Shown in pieces: positions 13,756 through 29,013 of a stretch of DNA of 64,000 nucleotides (position 1 is its first letter; each line of letters opens with the position of its first letter). The translations under genes and the position numbers were made by a program. The notes beneath the pieces were generated by a model that was given only the letters and a program-made list of their open reading frames with translations, ran no database searches and was not told the DNA's origin. This stretch comes from Eledone cirrhosa (lineage: Eukaryota), in contig OZ024742.1 of NCBI GenBank assembly GCA_964016885.1, positions 363,692,001 to 363,756,000 of the forward strand, given 5' to 3'.

Positions 13756-14214
13756 TATCTAAACTATAATAATGTAAGGAGTGCGGGACTGCGTGCGGTT
13801 TATTTCTTTTAATCCAGTAAGTAAAATAAGTTGGATTGCTTTGAATAAAAAATGAATGAATATTACATAATTTATCTACTAAATTTCGTAGCTTTTGATT
13901 AAATATATTTTATTGTTTATTTAAAGATTCACTTCTTTAACATTTTCAAATGTCAACACTTCCGGTTAGCGATCGCTTAAATAAACATTCATATATTTCC
14001 GTTACTAATTATCTCCTAATGCAGTTTATATATAATATCGTCTTTTTTTAATGTATCATGGATTACCTTATGATTACATAAGAGAGTGTAACGCAGTTTT
14101 GGTTCAATTTCTGTCTATATTGTCAATTACGATTTTATTTGATGTATAACTACATGTATGTATATTTTTATTTTATTAAATAACGTTACAAATGGGAGTG
14201 AACATATGAACATA

Positions 14215-15193
14215 TCTACTTATATATATAACCAGCAATTTCTCTGTCTGTCTGTCCGACAGTGGAAACACGTGCGTAGAGAGAGAGTGAGAGTGAAAGA
14301 AAGAGACAGACTACGAGAGGGGGATAGCGGGAGGGAGAGAGGGAGAGAGAGAGAGAGAGAGAGAGTGAATTGACGCTAAAACACGTGCTACAGAAATATT
14401 ACCTTCCCCTTCCTTTATAGAAACATTACCTTCCCCTCTCCACTGACTTTGGTCACTGAGGCCGAGGGAATCGCTGGTTACTATAGAGACACCTTGCACA
14501 AGCCAGAAGTAACCAGTTCGAGGCGGTTCTGACTTGACACCATGCGAAGAAGGTTGCCATTGAATTTGTGGTTTGAAGAACGTTGTCATTGAATTTGTGG
14601 TTGTTGCTGCTGATAATAAGGACCATTTGAAGAAGGTTGCTGCTGATGAGGTAATTTATTAATCAGATTGCGCAGTTCCATAACCTACGTTTGATTTGTT
14701 CAATTTTTTTATTTTATTTTTTATTTATTTTTTTTTTTTTATTTCTTATTGAAAAAATATAAATAATAAAATAAGGTTAGAAATTTAAATACAATTAAAT
14801 ACGATTTAATTTCCATTTCCAGCAGCCAATGTCCAGTGTTCAATTTCATGAAAAAATTTGAAATAATTCAAAAAATTGAAGTTTAACTTTTGAACATTTG
14901 TTTTGACAATAAAAAAATATTTCCTTATTCACACCTAATGGTATGATTAAAATTTCATAGGAATATTTTTTTCTAACCGCCAGTTATTTATTTTCTCCTT
15001 TTTCGTTTTAACATATATCTATTTCAAAGATTTCACGGTATAGATAACATATATATTTATACATGCATAAAAGACACACCGAGAGACGGTGAACATGTGG
15101 TGCCGAAAACATTTCTCATCCAAATCTCAACAATATCAGTATATACACTAGATTTGCTAGAAGAAAACCGCCCACCGGGTGGTTTTCTGCTAG
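14215..15193 (+). mobile_element. Non-autonomous Helitron (H2)
   Basis: 5' TCTACTTATATATATA..(CTGT)n; 3' GAAAACCGCCC acc GGGTGGTTTTC-TG-CTAG then T. Confidence 0.65.
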
Positions 15194-16100
15194 TCTATAT
15201 ATATATAAAACTGAGGTTGTCTGTCTGTCTGTCTACTACAACGGTCGGCACACATCCCCTCCTAAACCGTAGGTGAAATTGCTACACTTATAGATGAAGG
15301 TCCGCCGGAGACATCGGCCAAAAAAATTTCAAATCGACCCACGCCAAGTACAAAAATCGAATTTGTAATGTATTGATTTTTCAGTTCAAATGTATAAATA
15401 GAGATGACAGACGAGTTATTTCCCTTTTATGGCGTCATTCTGTCTATCTGTTTATGTTACGTATAAACGAAGAGTGCAAAAGTACAAAAATACACCTTTT
15501 GGGCCAGTAACATTTTAACCTGCAAAATTCATGAGTTCGAAGTTTCAACATTAAGCTTCCATGTTGCTTCATTTCCATTAAAAGTCTTTTAAAACAATAT
15601 TTTTACTTGAAAACAAACCTATTTGAATACACCGTAAAACAAGCAAATATTTTGTAAAAAAAGCATTGATCTCGAATGAAGCCTTATGAGATTTTCATTT
15701 AGAAGCAATGATTTTCAACGACAAACAGATAACGCATTTTGTTTTTGTTTTTTTGTTTTTCATGTCCATCCAATTTCTTTGTTTCAAAATAACTGATAGT
15801 TTGGTTACGCTGATGGTTTTCTCTGAGACAAGTGTTGCAGTGTTTACATTTTCGATTATTTTAATAGATTACCAGTGCAGTTTTTATCCCCAGCACCCTC
15901 TTTTGTTTTAACATTCGGGTTATGGTTATGTTTTCTTAACTTCATAAGGCATACTGTTGGTTGAGGGAATATTAATCAAAAGTACCACATGAAAGTATAC
16001 ACTGTAGACTCTACAGTTTTTTAGCCAAGAAAGGAACTTAACATTGTAACTTTAACACAGCTACTGAGCAGCCCCGGGCAACGCCCGGCTTTACTGCTAG
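15194..16100 (+). mobile_element. Non-autonomous Helitron (H3)
   Basis: 5' TCTATATATATATAAAACTGAG..(GTCT)n; 3' hairpin CCGGGC aac GCCCGG about 8 nt before CTAG then T. Confidence 0.75.
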
Positions 16101-16631
16101 TATGATATATACAAAGCATATAAATAAATTTATAGTAGAATAACGCAACAAATATGTTTTAAATATATATATAAATAACATTACAAATCCTTAGATAACA
16201 TTATAAATTGCTCGCGATTCTGTCAGAGGGATATATTCCTTTAATGTTGCAATATTAAAGAAAATATAAAGGAAGGGGTGAACAACCGAGGCTACACCAG
16301 AGCAAAAGACAGTAGCGAGGAGTACTGGGAAACCTCTCTAATTATTTTTGAGACAAGCAGTGTTACCTCGGGTGATGGAGAGGCTAATATCAATATGCAC
16401 ACTACACATGTTAGCAGAAAACCACCCTTCGGGTGTTTTTTCTGCTACTGTACCTAGTGTTGTATATATCCCCGACTCTGTTGAGATGAAAAGCTGAGTT
16501 GATTTCTGTGGGATTTAAACGGAGAAATAGAAGTGGATTCTAAAGTGTCTGAGGTCATGACATGGATTTCAACTCAAGTTTATTATATTTCACTTACGTC
16601 ACTGATGTTGCCAGGTATGAACGTCTCTACA

Positions 16632-16635
<4 letters not shown>

Positions 16636-16670
<35 letters not shown>

Positions 16671-16673
16671 GAA

Positions 16674-16725
<52 letters not shown>

Positions 16726-16742
16726 TTGCCACTACTACTACT

Positions 16743-16832
<90 letters not shown>

Positions 16833-16834
16833 GT

Positions 16835-16910
<76 letters not shown>
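16636..16910. repeat. (ACT)n microsatellite
   Basis: Long triplet run; source of the poly-T/L/V ORFs. Confidence 0.97.
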
Positions 16911-16912
<2 letters not shown>

Positions 16913-17078
16913 AATCGCCACCACCACTAACGCCACTACCACCCCACCACCGCTACTACTTCGACTACTAAGAAGTAATATTGCGCCGTTCGTTTCATGT
17001 CAGAACCAAAAATCGCATCTAATTGGTTGAATACACATAAAAATATAATTATATACACATAAACACACATGCATAGGC

Positions 17079-17157
<79 letters not shown>

Positions 17158-18126
17158 TCATCAATCTATATGCGTGTGTTTTGTGTTTATGCGTGTATGT
17201 ATGTGTGTGTGTGTATGTGTAGTCTCGAACATACGACATACATCCCCACATTTGGTATATATTCACACACATTTACATGTATTGGTTATTGAGTATTGAT
17301 ATGATAACTTTGCCGATTTTTCAATGAAAATGTCCTGAGAATCACGGTGATTCTTTTAACTAATAAATCAATTTCTAACACCTAAACCATCCATATTTCA
17401 ATTAAAACCAATAATAAACATAATTACAACGATTATTCTTTCTAATCATAGAAGAAAAATGTCTGCCATTGCAAAGCTGTGGAAAATATTGTTGTTGCTT
17501 TTCTGTGGTTTCTGACGACAAATGTTCCAATTTCACGGTCAGCGGAGTAGCCTGCTCCTGAAATTAACACACAAGTTCACAAACCTTCCACAGATATATG
17601 TATCGTCAAATTTTGGAACATTGAATATGACAATCAGCTCTGAGAGACGGAGTAGGTAAACAACTGCCATGACGATCCATTGGCTAGCAATGTTTGCAAA
17701 TTGTGACAGAAAGAAATCTTGACTAATGCATTATCTCTTCAGCTGAGATCTATTTCGGATACTTGCAAAAAAACTGGACTCTGCTAAAATCCTTCAAGTT
17801 TTACGTGATGGTGTTTAACCAGATGACGAATTAGGTTTGTTAACTAAGAGAGAGTAAGTATATTAAACGGGCTTCTGCACAATTTCTGTCCATTTCACTT
17901 TAAAAGATTGGCAGATTTTATGGGCAAAACCATTTGGCAGGAGACCCAGGGGTAGACACCGAATTGAGAGATCACAGCTCCGATATATGTAGTTAGAATG
18001 TCTCAAGAAAGAATCATTGGACAGATTTTATGAAAATAACCAACCGGTAGGAGAACCAGGAGTAGATCCTGTGCAAGATGTTTGGATAACCTCCATGAGC
18101 TTGGCTGGTCTCGGGGATCAGTTGGA

Positions 18127-18214
18127 GAAGAAGAAGAAGAAGAAGAAGAAGAAGAAGAAGAAGAAGAAGAAGAAGAAGAAGAAGAAGAAGAAGAAGAAGA
18201 AGAAGAAGAAGAAG

Positions 18215-18252
<38 letters not shown>

Positions 18253-18522
18253 CTGCAACTGTATTACTGTTTATAATAGAAGATTTTTTTTCATTATAGA
18301 TTTCACTGTAGATTCGACCATCAGTAACCAATAATCTATAACTACCCTGGGTGAAATTGTTACAATTCTTTGGTTGTTATCACCAAATTTAAGCCCGCAT
18401 TTCAATTCCTCTATAACAGCCAAACGTGACGAATGTCATGTGATCTCTTGAAATACCTATTGTGAGATATAAGGTAATCCACCTTACCACTTATGCAGTT
18501 GCTTTTGTTGTTGTTGTTATTG

Positions 18523-18554
<32 letters not shown>

Positions 18555-18693
18555 GTTGGTGGTGGTCTTCTCCTTCTTCTTCTTCTTCTTCTTCTTCTTC
18601 TTCTTCTTCTTCTTCTTCTTCTTCTTCTTCTTTTTCTTCTTCTTCTTCTTCTTCTTCTTCTTCTTCTTCTTCTTCTTCTTCTTCTTCTTCTTC
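18127..18693. repeat. Compound (GAA)n(CAA)n and opposing (TTG)n(GTG)n(TTC)n microsatellites
   Basis: Direct reading. Confidence 0.95.
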
Positions 18694-18809
18694 ACCCATT
18701 CATTCCTGAAGGTGTTGTGGGGGAGGAGTCCTCAAACACTCCTTCCAATGGTTCCAAGATATTTTAAAAGAGCTACTTTACTACACTTAAACATTGTGCG
18801 TTTTCAAAT

Positions 18810-18930
18810 TACGAGGGTCGGCTGAAAAATTCATATACTGACTATAAAGGAGTGATGCTAGAGCTGCCAAATCTCAAATTCATTAATTTTAATTATTAGT
18901 AATAACTGCATTGCTTCCTTCCAGAGACTC
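18810..18930 (+). mobile_element. Possible Tc1/mariner terminal remnant
   Basis: TACGAGGGTCGGCTGAAAA resembles mariner TIR starts; no partner TIR found. Confidence 0.3.
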
Positions 18931-19521
18931 TGTTAAAAACATCCCTAAATTTGCCCTGCCCCCCTCCTAGATAACATGTTATGTTATATATTCATTAGTC
19001 CCAGCAATAAGCTACACTACTCTTTGTTTTCTAGTGTTATCTCTAAGTTCACTTAATTAGTGTATTTCATTAATCAAACACAGAGTTATCGAGATAAAGC
19101 CATTGTCTCTTATTACAACTTCTCTCTAACAACATATAAATGATCTTGTGTCAAAACTCCATCGTTATCAGAGATGTATTGCTGTATATCTTTTCACATT
19201 GGGATATCTGGAAGAATGGATCTTTAGGACAGAAGCTGTCCACAAATGTCCGTTGTGTATCATGAATACAGAAACTCAGTGAAATTCTTTACGATTTGTT
19301 TGCTTCACTAAATAATAATTGACATAGCCATGGTTTTCAGCGAGGAAATATTCTGTGTTGTTGTCTACTAAGGAAATATGATGTAAGCATTCATACACAC
19401 ATATAAACACACATATATTTATGTATATATGTACGTATGCATACACCCCCACCACCACACACACATATATATATATATATATATGTATTTATACACACAC
19501 ACGCACACACACATACATATA

Positions 19522-19654
19522 TAGAATTAGCCGTCGAAACGGCTTGAGCTCAGCTGTCGGGGTCTTACTGGTTCCTATTACCCACTCTACTACCTCAAGT
19601 ATTGAGTACTTTGGTGCGTTATGGTCCACCTGGTTCCTTACCACATTTCCTTCG

Positions 19655-19657
<3 letters not shown>
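19522..19657 (+). mobile_element. Penelope-type LTR tail with 3' half of a hammerhead
   Basis: C-GAAA-CGGC ttgagctca GCTG-TC-GGGGTC; homologous to 29004-29181. Confidence 0.55.
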
Positions 19658-19688
<31 letters not shown>

Positions 19689-19745
19689 CTGTACATACAC
19701 GCATTTATACTACAAATTTATTTATACACACACACGCACACGCAC

Positions 19746-19814
<69 letters not shown>

Positions 19815-20076
19815 AGCGTGAGCCCCCCCCCCCCTCACCATATATATATATATGTATAAATATAAGTATGTATGTATAAGTACATACATATATGTATACA
19901 GACGTACAGTAGTATATATATACATACAGGCACACATATATATATGCACGTATCGGTTTACCGAACATTTATTATAATGCTCGGTTTGTTCGTTTGTAAA
20001 CAAACAAACAGCCTGGATTACGCCGTACAGTGTTCAGGCAACCACGTCACCTTTTTGTTCAACACTGACACAGGAA

Positions 20077-20117
20077 CGATGTACTAGTTTCAAGCTTATT
20101 AGCTATCGTCAGCACCG
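20077..20117 (-). ncRNA. Minimal type-I hammerhead ribozyme (family A)
   Basis: Reverse complement of 20320-20360. Confidence 0.8.
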
Positions 20118-20319
20118 TGTACCTTTCTGCCAGATGGTTGAACGTCCGAAAGTATATACTTTCCTTATGAAAATTAACGGCTGAGCAGCCTAATTTGCAT
20201 ATCGAGTGAGTTCCGTCGGCCAGGCGCACCGAAAACGATAAATGGAATAGAATGAAACGTTAATTTTCATAAGGAAAGTATATACTTTCGGACGTTCAAC
20301 CATCTGGCAGAAAGGTATA

Positions 20320-20360
20320 CGGTGCTGACGATAGCTAATAAGCTTGAAACTAGTACATCG
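20320..20360 (+). ncRNA. Minimal type-I hammerhead ribozyme (family A)
   Basis: CGGTG-CTGACGA-tAGCT aata AGCTt-GAAA-CTAG-TA-CATCG; GUA site after 20355; palindromic ACTAGT stem III. Confidence 0.8.
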
Positions 20361-21016
20361 TTCCTGTGTCAGTGTTGAACAAAAAGGTGACGTGGTTGCC
20401 TAAACACTGTACGGCGTAATTCAGGCTGTTTGTTTGTTTACAAACGAACAAACCGAGCATTATAATAAATGTTCGGTAAACTGATACGCGCATATATATA
20501 TGTGTGCCTGTATGTATATATATACATGCTACTGTACGTCTGTATACATATATGTATGTACGTATACATACATACTTGCATTTAAGTAAGTGCCGTACTG
20601 AGAGTGAGGAAGGAAATTTCGTTTCATTCTATTCCATGTATAAATATATATATATATATATTTCTGTACACACACATTTATAATACAAATTTATACATGT
20701 ATCTTAAGAGATTTAGCATGTAATTGTATATAACATAAATATTCCAATCATATTGTTGAAACTATCCCCAGGCAAGGCCATGTAGGTTTTTCTACTCATG
20801 TATTAATGTATAAATATATTAATGTATTAATTACTAAATCTGACATGCGTCACAAAATGTTAGATTGGATTCCGTTCTCACACATTCCATAAAAAATTGA
20901 AACATTCTTCTGTTGTTTTCAAAAGTCTTATGGAACGGATATTCTGTTCTAAAGCATTATTATTTTATTTTTTACATTATTATTTTATTTTTTACATTAT
21001 TATTTTATTTTTTACA

Positions 21017-21130
21017 AAGTCAAATCCCGCCGAGGTTGACTTTGCCTTTCATCCTTACGGGGTCGATAAAATAAAGTACCAGTAATGTACTGGGTTATTG
21101 CTGGCCTTGTGCCTAAAGTAGAAGCAATTA
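21017..21130 (+). mobile_element. 5'-truncated SINE S1 with TSD
   Basis: Core and tail match S1; ATTATTTTATTTTTTACA on both sides. Confidence 0.8.
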
Positions 21131-21530
21131 TTTTATTTTTTACAGGATTGAGTCATTAAACTGTGGCCATACTGGGCACCATCTTGGTTTAGTCTATCAT
21201 ATCCAATTCTGTAAATATATAGATTTCAAGTCGAAATTATTTTATCAATCTATTTTTGTCGTACCACTATGTTACAGAACATAGTGATACCAACATCAGA
21301 AGATAGGTGCACATACACACACACAAAGAGATATATATGTATATATACAGATACATATATATTTACAGCTATGCCGGAGGGAACACTGTGAGTATAAATA
21401 TAAATATATATATATATACTCTTTTACTCTTTTACCTGTTGCAGCCATCCAGCTGAGGCCTAGCTGGTGCACCGCCCTTGAACACACATATATATATGAA
21501 GAAAGAGTGAGAGAGAGAGAAAGAGAGAGT

Positions 21531-21607
<77 letters not shown>

Positions 21608-22134
21608 TCTAATCATAGGAGTACTCAATGCATGGGTAGATGCAGAGTTCGTATAGAGGTATGACGAAATCGCTTGGGGCCTTCCTAGCTCTCTCTCTCT
21701 GTCTTTCTCTCACACACACACTGTCCCTTTCTCATGACAAACCCTGTCTATAGCGACTTGCATATAGGGTTAAACATATTTCAGTGATGCTAGTACCACC
21801 AACAAACCCACCACACCCTCCCACGCTTTTCAAATACCCAATCACATAATTTAAGCATCAAAATCTCAACGTGATCGAACTTCTTTCAAACACACGATAA
21901 CATAGTTTCAACATCCAATTCTCAACGTGATATCAATATTTTACACGAAAGATACATCAAGATTAATATGTAGAGATATCTTAAATAATTACTGGTTATG
22001 TTTGTGAGACAATATTTCCAATTCTATATAAAATAATCTATAAATATCTATTTGTCTCAATTATGATATGTTTTTACTGAATTACGTTTATCTCTATCGT
22101 ACTTTACAAACATATATATATGTGTGTGTGTGTG

Positions 22135-22210
<76 letters not shown>

Positions 22211-22689
22211 TATGCATATACATATACACACATACATACATACATATACATACATATACACACACACATATATATATACATACATATATAAAATCATATA
22301 TATATATATATATATGCGCGAGAGTGAGCGTGTATGTATGTGTGTGTTCGTGTTTATGTTTATATATACAAACACATCAGTGAAATGTTAACTACTAGTA
22401 CTTGAAAAATATTACTTTCAATTGAAATATTAAATAGTTTGTGAAGAATACAAGTTATATCTGAGAAATCTTAATCAATGCTCACCAGCTGTTACTGTCA
22501 GACAAATTTTGAAAATATTTTTAAATTAACAACTTAACAATTCCTATATACAAACTTAATTTACCCCATATAATATCTTATTGAAATTTGAAAATATTAA
22601 GCGTTACATACAATATGAGATTATATTACCTTTCTTAAAATATTTATATCTCTCTCACTCACCCCCCCCTCTCTCTCTCTATCCGTGTG

Positions 22690-22815
<126 letters not shown>

Positions 22816-23932
22816 GATATATATTATCAAAATGTCAACTCATATGTATATATATATATATACATTCATATAAACAATACTTGCTGAATTTGATATACCA
22901 GTGGTGCAGATTTAGCATCAATGAGGTTGAAACTCATTTCTATAGCCGAGTTAACTGGAGCAACGTTAAATAAAGTGTCTTGCTCAAGGACACAATGTAT
23001 CACCCGGTCCGAATAATGAACTCACAGCCTCCCGTCTGCAAGCCAAATTCTCTAAACACTATAGAACAATTCATTAATTCAACTACAATAATACATTTTT
23101 AGCATGGATTTCCGTGGCATTAAAGTAACACCTCATGTAATCTACAGCAATTCACGAATTTCTTTTTTTCTTGTTCCTTTTCACCGTATGTGGTAACATG
23201 TCTCAGTTCTCAGTTAAATCACATCTTAGTTTTAAACCATATTACACCACGATGAAATTTGAGCTGCTTGAAACTTCCAAATCCTTCGCCATTCACTCTA
23301 AAGACCAGTCTTTTCCGATAAATCTCCTTCAGATAGTCAATTAGTAAAACATCTAGAGTTCTGTAATAGTAAACCACATATCTACTTCCTTTCAACGATA
23401 TGGAGCACACCACCCGTTAATATGAATTCCAGGGCTTGAAGTGACTCTCCCAGTACACCTACCTTGCCTACCTCCAACTGATGAATCAGCAGCATTCACC
23501 GCTGAACAATTAGAAGACACGCTCCTATATCTTTGTGTAAAATTTTCACGGCTACTCCCAAATATACAAATGTTTCAAACAATTTTACTATACACGCGTT
23601 GCAAACTATTTTACTAAACTTCAATTTTGATGCCAAATCTTCATTATAAACACGACAGGATTGTCTTCGTAATATTTAAGGCCAGGTTTTCATTGATTTG
23701 CAAACACTGTAGAGTGGAGATGATACGAGCTGTCAAATGTAGTAGACAGAAGCGGCAGAGATTACTAATATAGTCCACAATATTAACTTATCTTACTTAG
23801 GCAGAAACAGTTTAATTTTTGAAAACTTCTTAATATGAGCAAACAAATCATTTCATTGATGCGATTTAATATATTTCCTTTCTATAACTATGTATGTACA
23901 TATATAAATATACACAGACACATACCCCCCCC

Positions 23933-23969
<37 letters not shown>

Positions 23970-24009
23970 TATATGTATATATATATATATACAAATATAT
24001 ATATACATA

Positions 24010-24170
24010 TATATTTATTGAAATAACAGATTAAAGTTTAAGCAAAGAATCGCTGCTTTCACCCTTAATGGGATCTCTTCTGAAACTAAAAAAATTGATC
24101 TGTGAACGCAGAAGTAAATATTTCGAAAAACGTTGCAACCAAAGGAAAACAGGAAGATGATTTATATGCG
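24010..24170 (-). mobile_element. Penelope-type LTR fragment (P1) with HHR-like motif at 24035-24087
   Basis: Reverse-complement match to ~1910-2060. Confidence 0.75.
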
Positions 24171-24239
24171 AAAATGTTTTAAGAAGTGTTTTTGGAACTT
24201 TTGATAAAGTATTTCGGAAAACATTTAGGAAGCCTTTCA

Positions 24240-25250
24240 TGATATTTGGGGAAATTTAATAGACTACTATGGAAGACGTTTGAAAAAATGTTTTGGAAAA
24301 TATTTAATTAAATTTTTAATATTATTTTTATGTAAGTTTTGGTGAAACATCTGGGAAAACATTCGACAAAACTTTTGAGGTAACATTTGGATAATAGTTT
24401 TTGGAATTTATCATGAAATGTTTCATAAAATGTTTGATCAGTATTTTGGGATGAGAATTTTTGTTATGTTTTCTGAATGTATTTGAAAATTCATGATGCT
24501 ATTCAAACGAAATGTATGACAAAATCGGACATGAAATTGTATTATATTAAAGTTTGGAAAATTGGTGGGAAACGTTTCGGAAATTATTTCTTTGGATTGA
24601 AATCGCGGAGATGTTTGATATAAATTTGGAAAAGGTTTCATGTCATTTGTTTATGCAATTTGAGTGCATTTCGGGACATACATTCGATGAAATACTTTGA
24701 AATGGTTTTGATGAAATCTTAGATGAAATGTTTCATGAATCATTTGGGAAAATACTTAAACATTAGATAAAATTTGTTGGAAAATGTTTGTCAACGATTT
24801 TGGTAAATCTTTTGATGTTACCTTTGATGAAAGTTTTAACAAAATTTGTCTGAAACGTTTGGATAACTTTTGATAAAATTGTTCACAAAACTTTTAGATG
24901 ATTTGATGAAATCTAAAAAAATATTGTTACGGAATATTTTATCAAGTTCTTTGAAAGATATTGAATAAATATTTTATAGAATTTATGAAACATAATTTTG
25001 TGAAACTATTTAATGAAAGTGTTTAGGGATTTTTTCAGAACATTTTTTATTAAACATAGATGACATTTATAGAAAAGAGTTTTATGAAATTATTATCTTA
25101 TTTTTGAAACATTTATTAGAAAATCTTTGGTGAAAGTTTTGGTAACCTTGTGATGAAATTTCGCATGAAAATTGTTTCAGAAGTATTTTTAAAATTATGG
25201 ACAAATTATTCTGGAAACTTATATGATAGAATTATGGGAAGAATATTAGA
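24240..25250. repeat. Degenerate ~12-bp minisatellite (TTTGATGAAA-like)
   Basis: Recurrent TTTG(A/G)TGAAA / TTTGGAAAA units. Confidence 0.6.
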
Positions 25251-25667
25251 TTCCACATTTCAGATGCTCAGCTAAAAGATGAGGATAAAAATTAGAGCTA
25301 ATTAATTACTCTAGTGACACCAGCCTTCCAGACGTAAATCTTCGCTCATATATGTACATCATCTACATCAGAAGTGTTTGTGACAAGCATAGGGGATCAC
25401 AAAATTTCTCTTTCGAGGATGTACATCTCTTCAGATGAGAAGACCTTGAGACGAGTCCTTGATAACATGCGTGGAGGTTGACTTATTATTGCGCAATCGT
25501 CGGATAGTCTGCTGATCTAAAACCCGATTCCAAAAGACTCAAATTCATCCGATAACATATCCGGTGGCACTATTAATTTTCCTGTTGTAATCTTGTAGTA
25601 TAAGACGAGGGAATTGCTCGTCATTAATGGAAATCAATGCTGCTACGTTTAAGACGCTCATACTCTC

Positions 25668-25857
25668 AATAATTGTTTCTACTTTAGGCACAAGGCCAGC
25701 AATTACCCAGTGCATTACTGGTACTTTATTTTATCGACCCCGTAATGATGAAAGGCAAAGTCAACCTCGGCGGGATTTGAACTCAGATCGTAAAGGGACG
25801 TAACTATGCTGGAAAGCATGGCGTCCGACCCTCTACCGTTACTGCAAATCCACCGCC
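25668..25857 (-). mobile_element. SINE S1 copy
   Basis: Reverse-complement match to S1. Confidence 0.85.
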
Positions 25858-25869
25858 CTACTTAATAAT

Positions 25870-26460
25870 GCAGTGTACTCTACATGTGAATGGAGTTCCA
25901 TTGAAGCAGGTGAAAACTTCAATGTATCTCTAGGCCATTTTCAAGAGTGATGAAATGCAGGCAGCTGAATTAAATGTGAGAATTAAATTGTAGGGGCTGG
26001 AGCATTTACACGCAAGATTCAGCCGTCAGAAATCTAGGCACGAACACCGAATTCAAGATAATTAGTTTAACTTTTTCACCTACCATCCTTTGCTGATGTC
26101 CGACGGCTGAATCTTGCGAATAAATACTCCAGCCCCTACAATATAGATATATTGTTCTAAACTCCGGAGAAAACATAAGTAGGAATCTTTCCAACCACCG
26201 TTCATCTAGCAACTATATGTTCAATAAAGTGGCACCACTCTTCAACTATGGCCTAGAAGAAAGCGGCTTTAAGAATAAAATTAGTTATGGACATAGTCCT
26301 ACACAATGAAAGAGAAATAGAAACCGAATTACTATCTGATTCACGTCACATTTTTTGTTGGATGCCAAAATGGCAGAGACGGGACATTCTTAGATCTAAT
26401 ATAAAACCCTTCTCCGCTAGTCATATATAGAGGGAAATATTTAACAAAGTATGGCAACCA
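25870..26460 (+). mobile_element. Highly degraded LINE RT remnant
   Basis: LHVNGVPLKQVKTSMYL resembles the [LI]EQVxxFKYLG motif at the end of LINE RT domains. Confidence 0.4.
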
Positions 26461-28190
26461 GTAAACTTCGACACTTCACATAGCCGGATGCTCTCTTACA
26501 ACCAGAACAACGTGCCGATTAGACGAGTGTTTAAATTAGAGGCTATGATCTATAAGGCAACACTATAATCGTCTCAGACCATGCAAACAGCGTTAAGTGG
26601 TATCTAGGGTTCACAGAATAACAGGGTCAAACAGCGCTGTAATAACCAAACGTCATCGTCCTAGGCCGGGAGAATATGACGTCAACAAAACCTTCCGGTT
26701 ACATCTGGAAACTGAAGGATGTTTGTATAGAACACACCAGCTGGAAGATTGTGGGAGTTACAGATCCAATATGCAAATGAGCATCTGAAGCGGTTGTGTA
26801 AGTCACAACAATTACTTAAATCTTAACTTATTCTTGTGTCAGCACTGAGTGAGTAAACATTACCTATGAAGTAGAAAAGTCTAAAACACGTATCTGGTGT
26901 TCCCTCGTGGTTAGTGAGATAGATGTGACATGATCACAACCTAAATATTCATAGCGATGCTCTTCTATATTTATTATAAATAAACTTCATATACTTCTCT
27001 AGTAGCAGGATATATTAAAACAAAGTATTGCCGCTAATATACTGAACATAAAAATATATATTAAGAAAAGTAATAAATAAAAAATATAAATAAATATAAT
27101 AAAAATATAAATAAATAAATAACAGATGGATAACATAGCCAATTATTCTGACTGCTCTTTAAATTACCGCTAATTATATTTATTAGATTGTAGCAATATG
27201 TTTAAATAGTTTATTTAAATTGTCTGTCTTTGTTCTTCAAAAATTGTCTTAAGGCCTGGCAGATATTCAAAACGTTACTTAGTACTATCTCTAACAGAAG
27301 ACAACCATCCAGCTGTGATAGCGAGAACACTTTGTACTTAACTGTGAGATACTTCTAATCTTATCTCTCTTATTTACATCTAAAATAATAAAATCGTTGT
27401 TTTTATTGGTTGGGTGAAGGTCGATATTTCCTCACGATGTAAAATCTTCGACGAAATGTACTGCAGGCTCCTGTTCTTTAAGGGTGTCATCCTCATCATT
27501 ATCACCAACAACAACACGACACAAACCTCCGCAATACCATCCTTAGCAGCCTCATGACCATCATCACTATCATTATAAACAATGAGGATGATGACACTGC
27601 CGAGGTAGAATTCGACCAAGATGGATGTAATAGAAACTTTCAGGCCTCTTCTTCTTCTTCTTCTTCTTCTTCTTCTTCTTCTTCTTCTTCTTCTTCTTCT
27701 TCTTCTTCTTCTTCTTCTTCTTTGTCCACTTATTCCTGGGACGGTCCTATGGGCAGAGTCCTCAAATAATCCTTCCAGCGGGTCCTGTCAGAAGCGAGCG
27801 TCCCCAACTGATCCGGTTGGACCCCAGATTATATTTAGCTACTAATACTACATCAATTGTTTATTCTCTATTGGCCTCATACCAGATCCTGGCAGTTCCC
27901 CCCAGCCTATATATTCCGTTGCTGTAAGCTCCCATCGATATGTCGCCCTTGCGGCAAATATATTAAATTATCATTTCGTTGATGTATTTATTTATTATTT
28001 CATTATTTGATTTAACTAACTATTTATTTGTTTCATTCTATATATTTCTATTATTTCATTCTTCCAATTCCTGTCAAACGCACCTGAAATTTTGTTTAAT
28101 TGCAAAATTCATTCATCACGAGCGAAGAAGGAGGAATAAAAACGAAAATATTTCAATAATAAAAACTACAAACAAATCATAAAATGATTA

Positions 28191-28292
<102 letters not shown>

Positions 28293-28330
28293 AATGTCTC
28301 TCTATATATATGTAAAAATATATATATGTA

Positions 28331-28366
<36 letters not shown>

Positions 28367-28635
28367 TGTATGTATGTATGTATGTATGTATCTGTGTGTG
28401 TGGGGGGGGGGGGTGTAATTATATGTATATTCAAATAAATACTTCGTCTTCGATTACCATTTCTGAAATGAGACGCTCCTGCAGTGACAGAGTATTAGGC
28501 AGTCATACGTTTACTCTGGAATCAGGTATTAGATCGCGGCCAGGCTACAGTGCTTATATTGACATCATTCCTTTTATTTTACATTAAAAGACACAGAAAT
28601 ACGTAGGTGAATACAGACACCTCTACAAACTCCAG

Positions 28636-28880
<245 letters not shown>

Positions 28881-28980
28881 TGCGATGGCGTTATATTATG
28901 GCTAAAACAGCTCGACGTGCTGTGACCAGCGGCGCCGAATGGACGCCCGACAGATTGGTCGGTCAAGGTGATCAAGGTGA

Positions 28981-29003
<23 letters not shown>

Positions 29004-29013
<10 letters not shown>

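Larger units (their letters stand above)
13758..16448 (+). mobile_element. Non-autonomous Helitron (H1) containing nested Helitrons
   Basis: 5' TCTAAACTATAATAAT; 3' hairpin AGCAGAAAACCACCC ttc GGGTGTTTTTTCTGCT plus degenerate CTAG; a copy without the nested Helitrons lies at 36268-36932. Confidence 0.65.
19863..20637. mobile_element. Retrozyme-like HHR element family A, fold-back insertion
   Basis: Minus arm 19863-20259 and plus arm 20258-20637 are near-perfect inverted copies; homologous to 39019-39530; one HHR per arm; octamer at 20193-20200. Confidence 0.85.

Noticed and set aside
14643-14700. CTGATGA as a hammerhead core
   Set aside because: No downstream stem II-GAAA-stem III
23478-23520. 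CTGATGA followed by a TCAGC/GCTGA hairpin
   Set aside because: GAAA and stems I/III are missing
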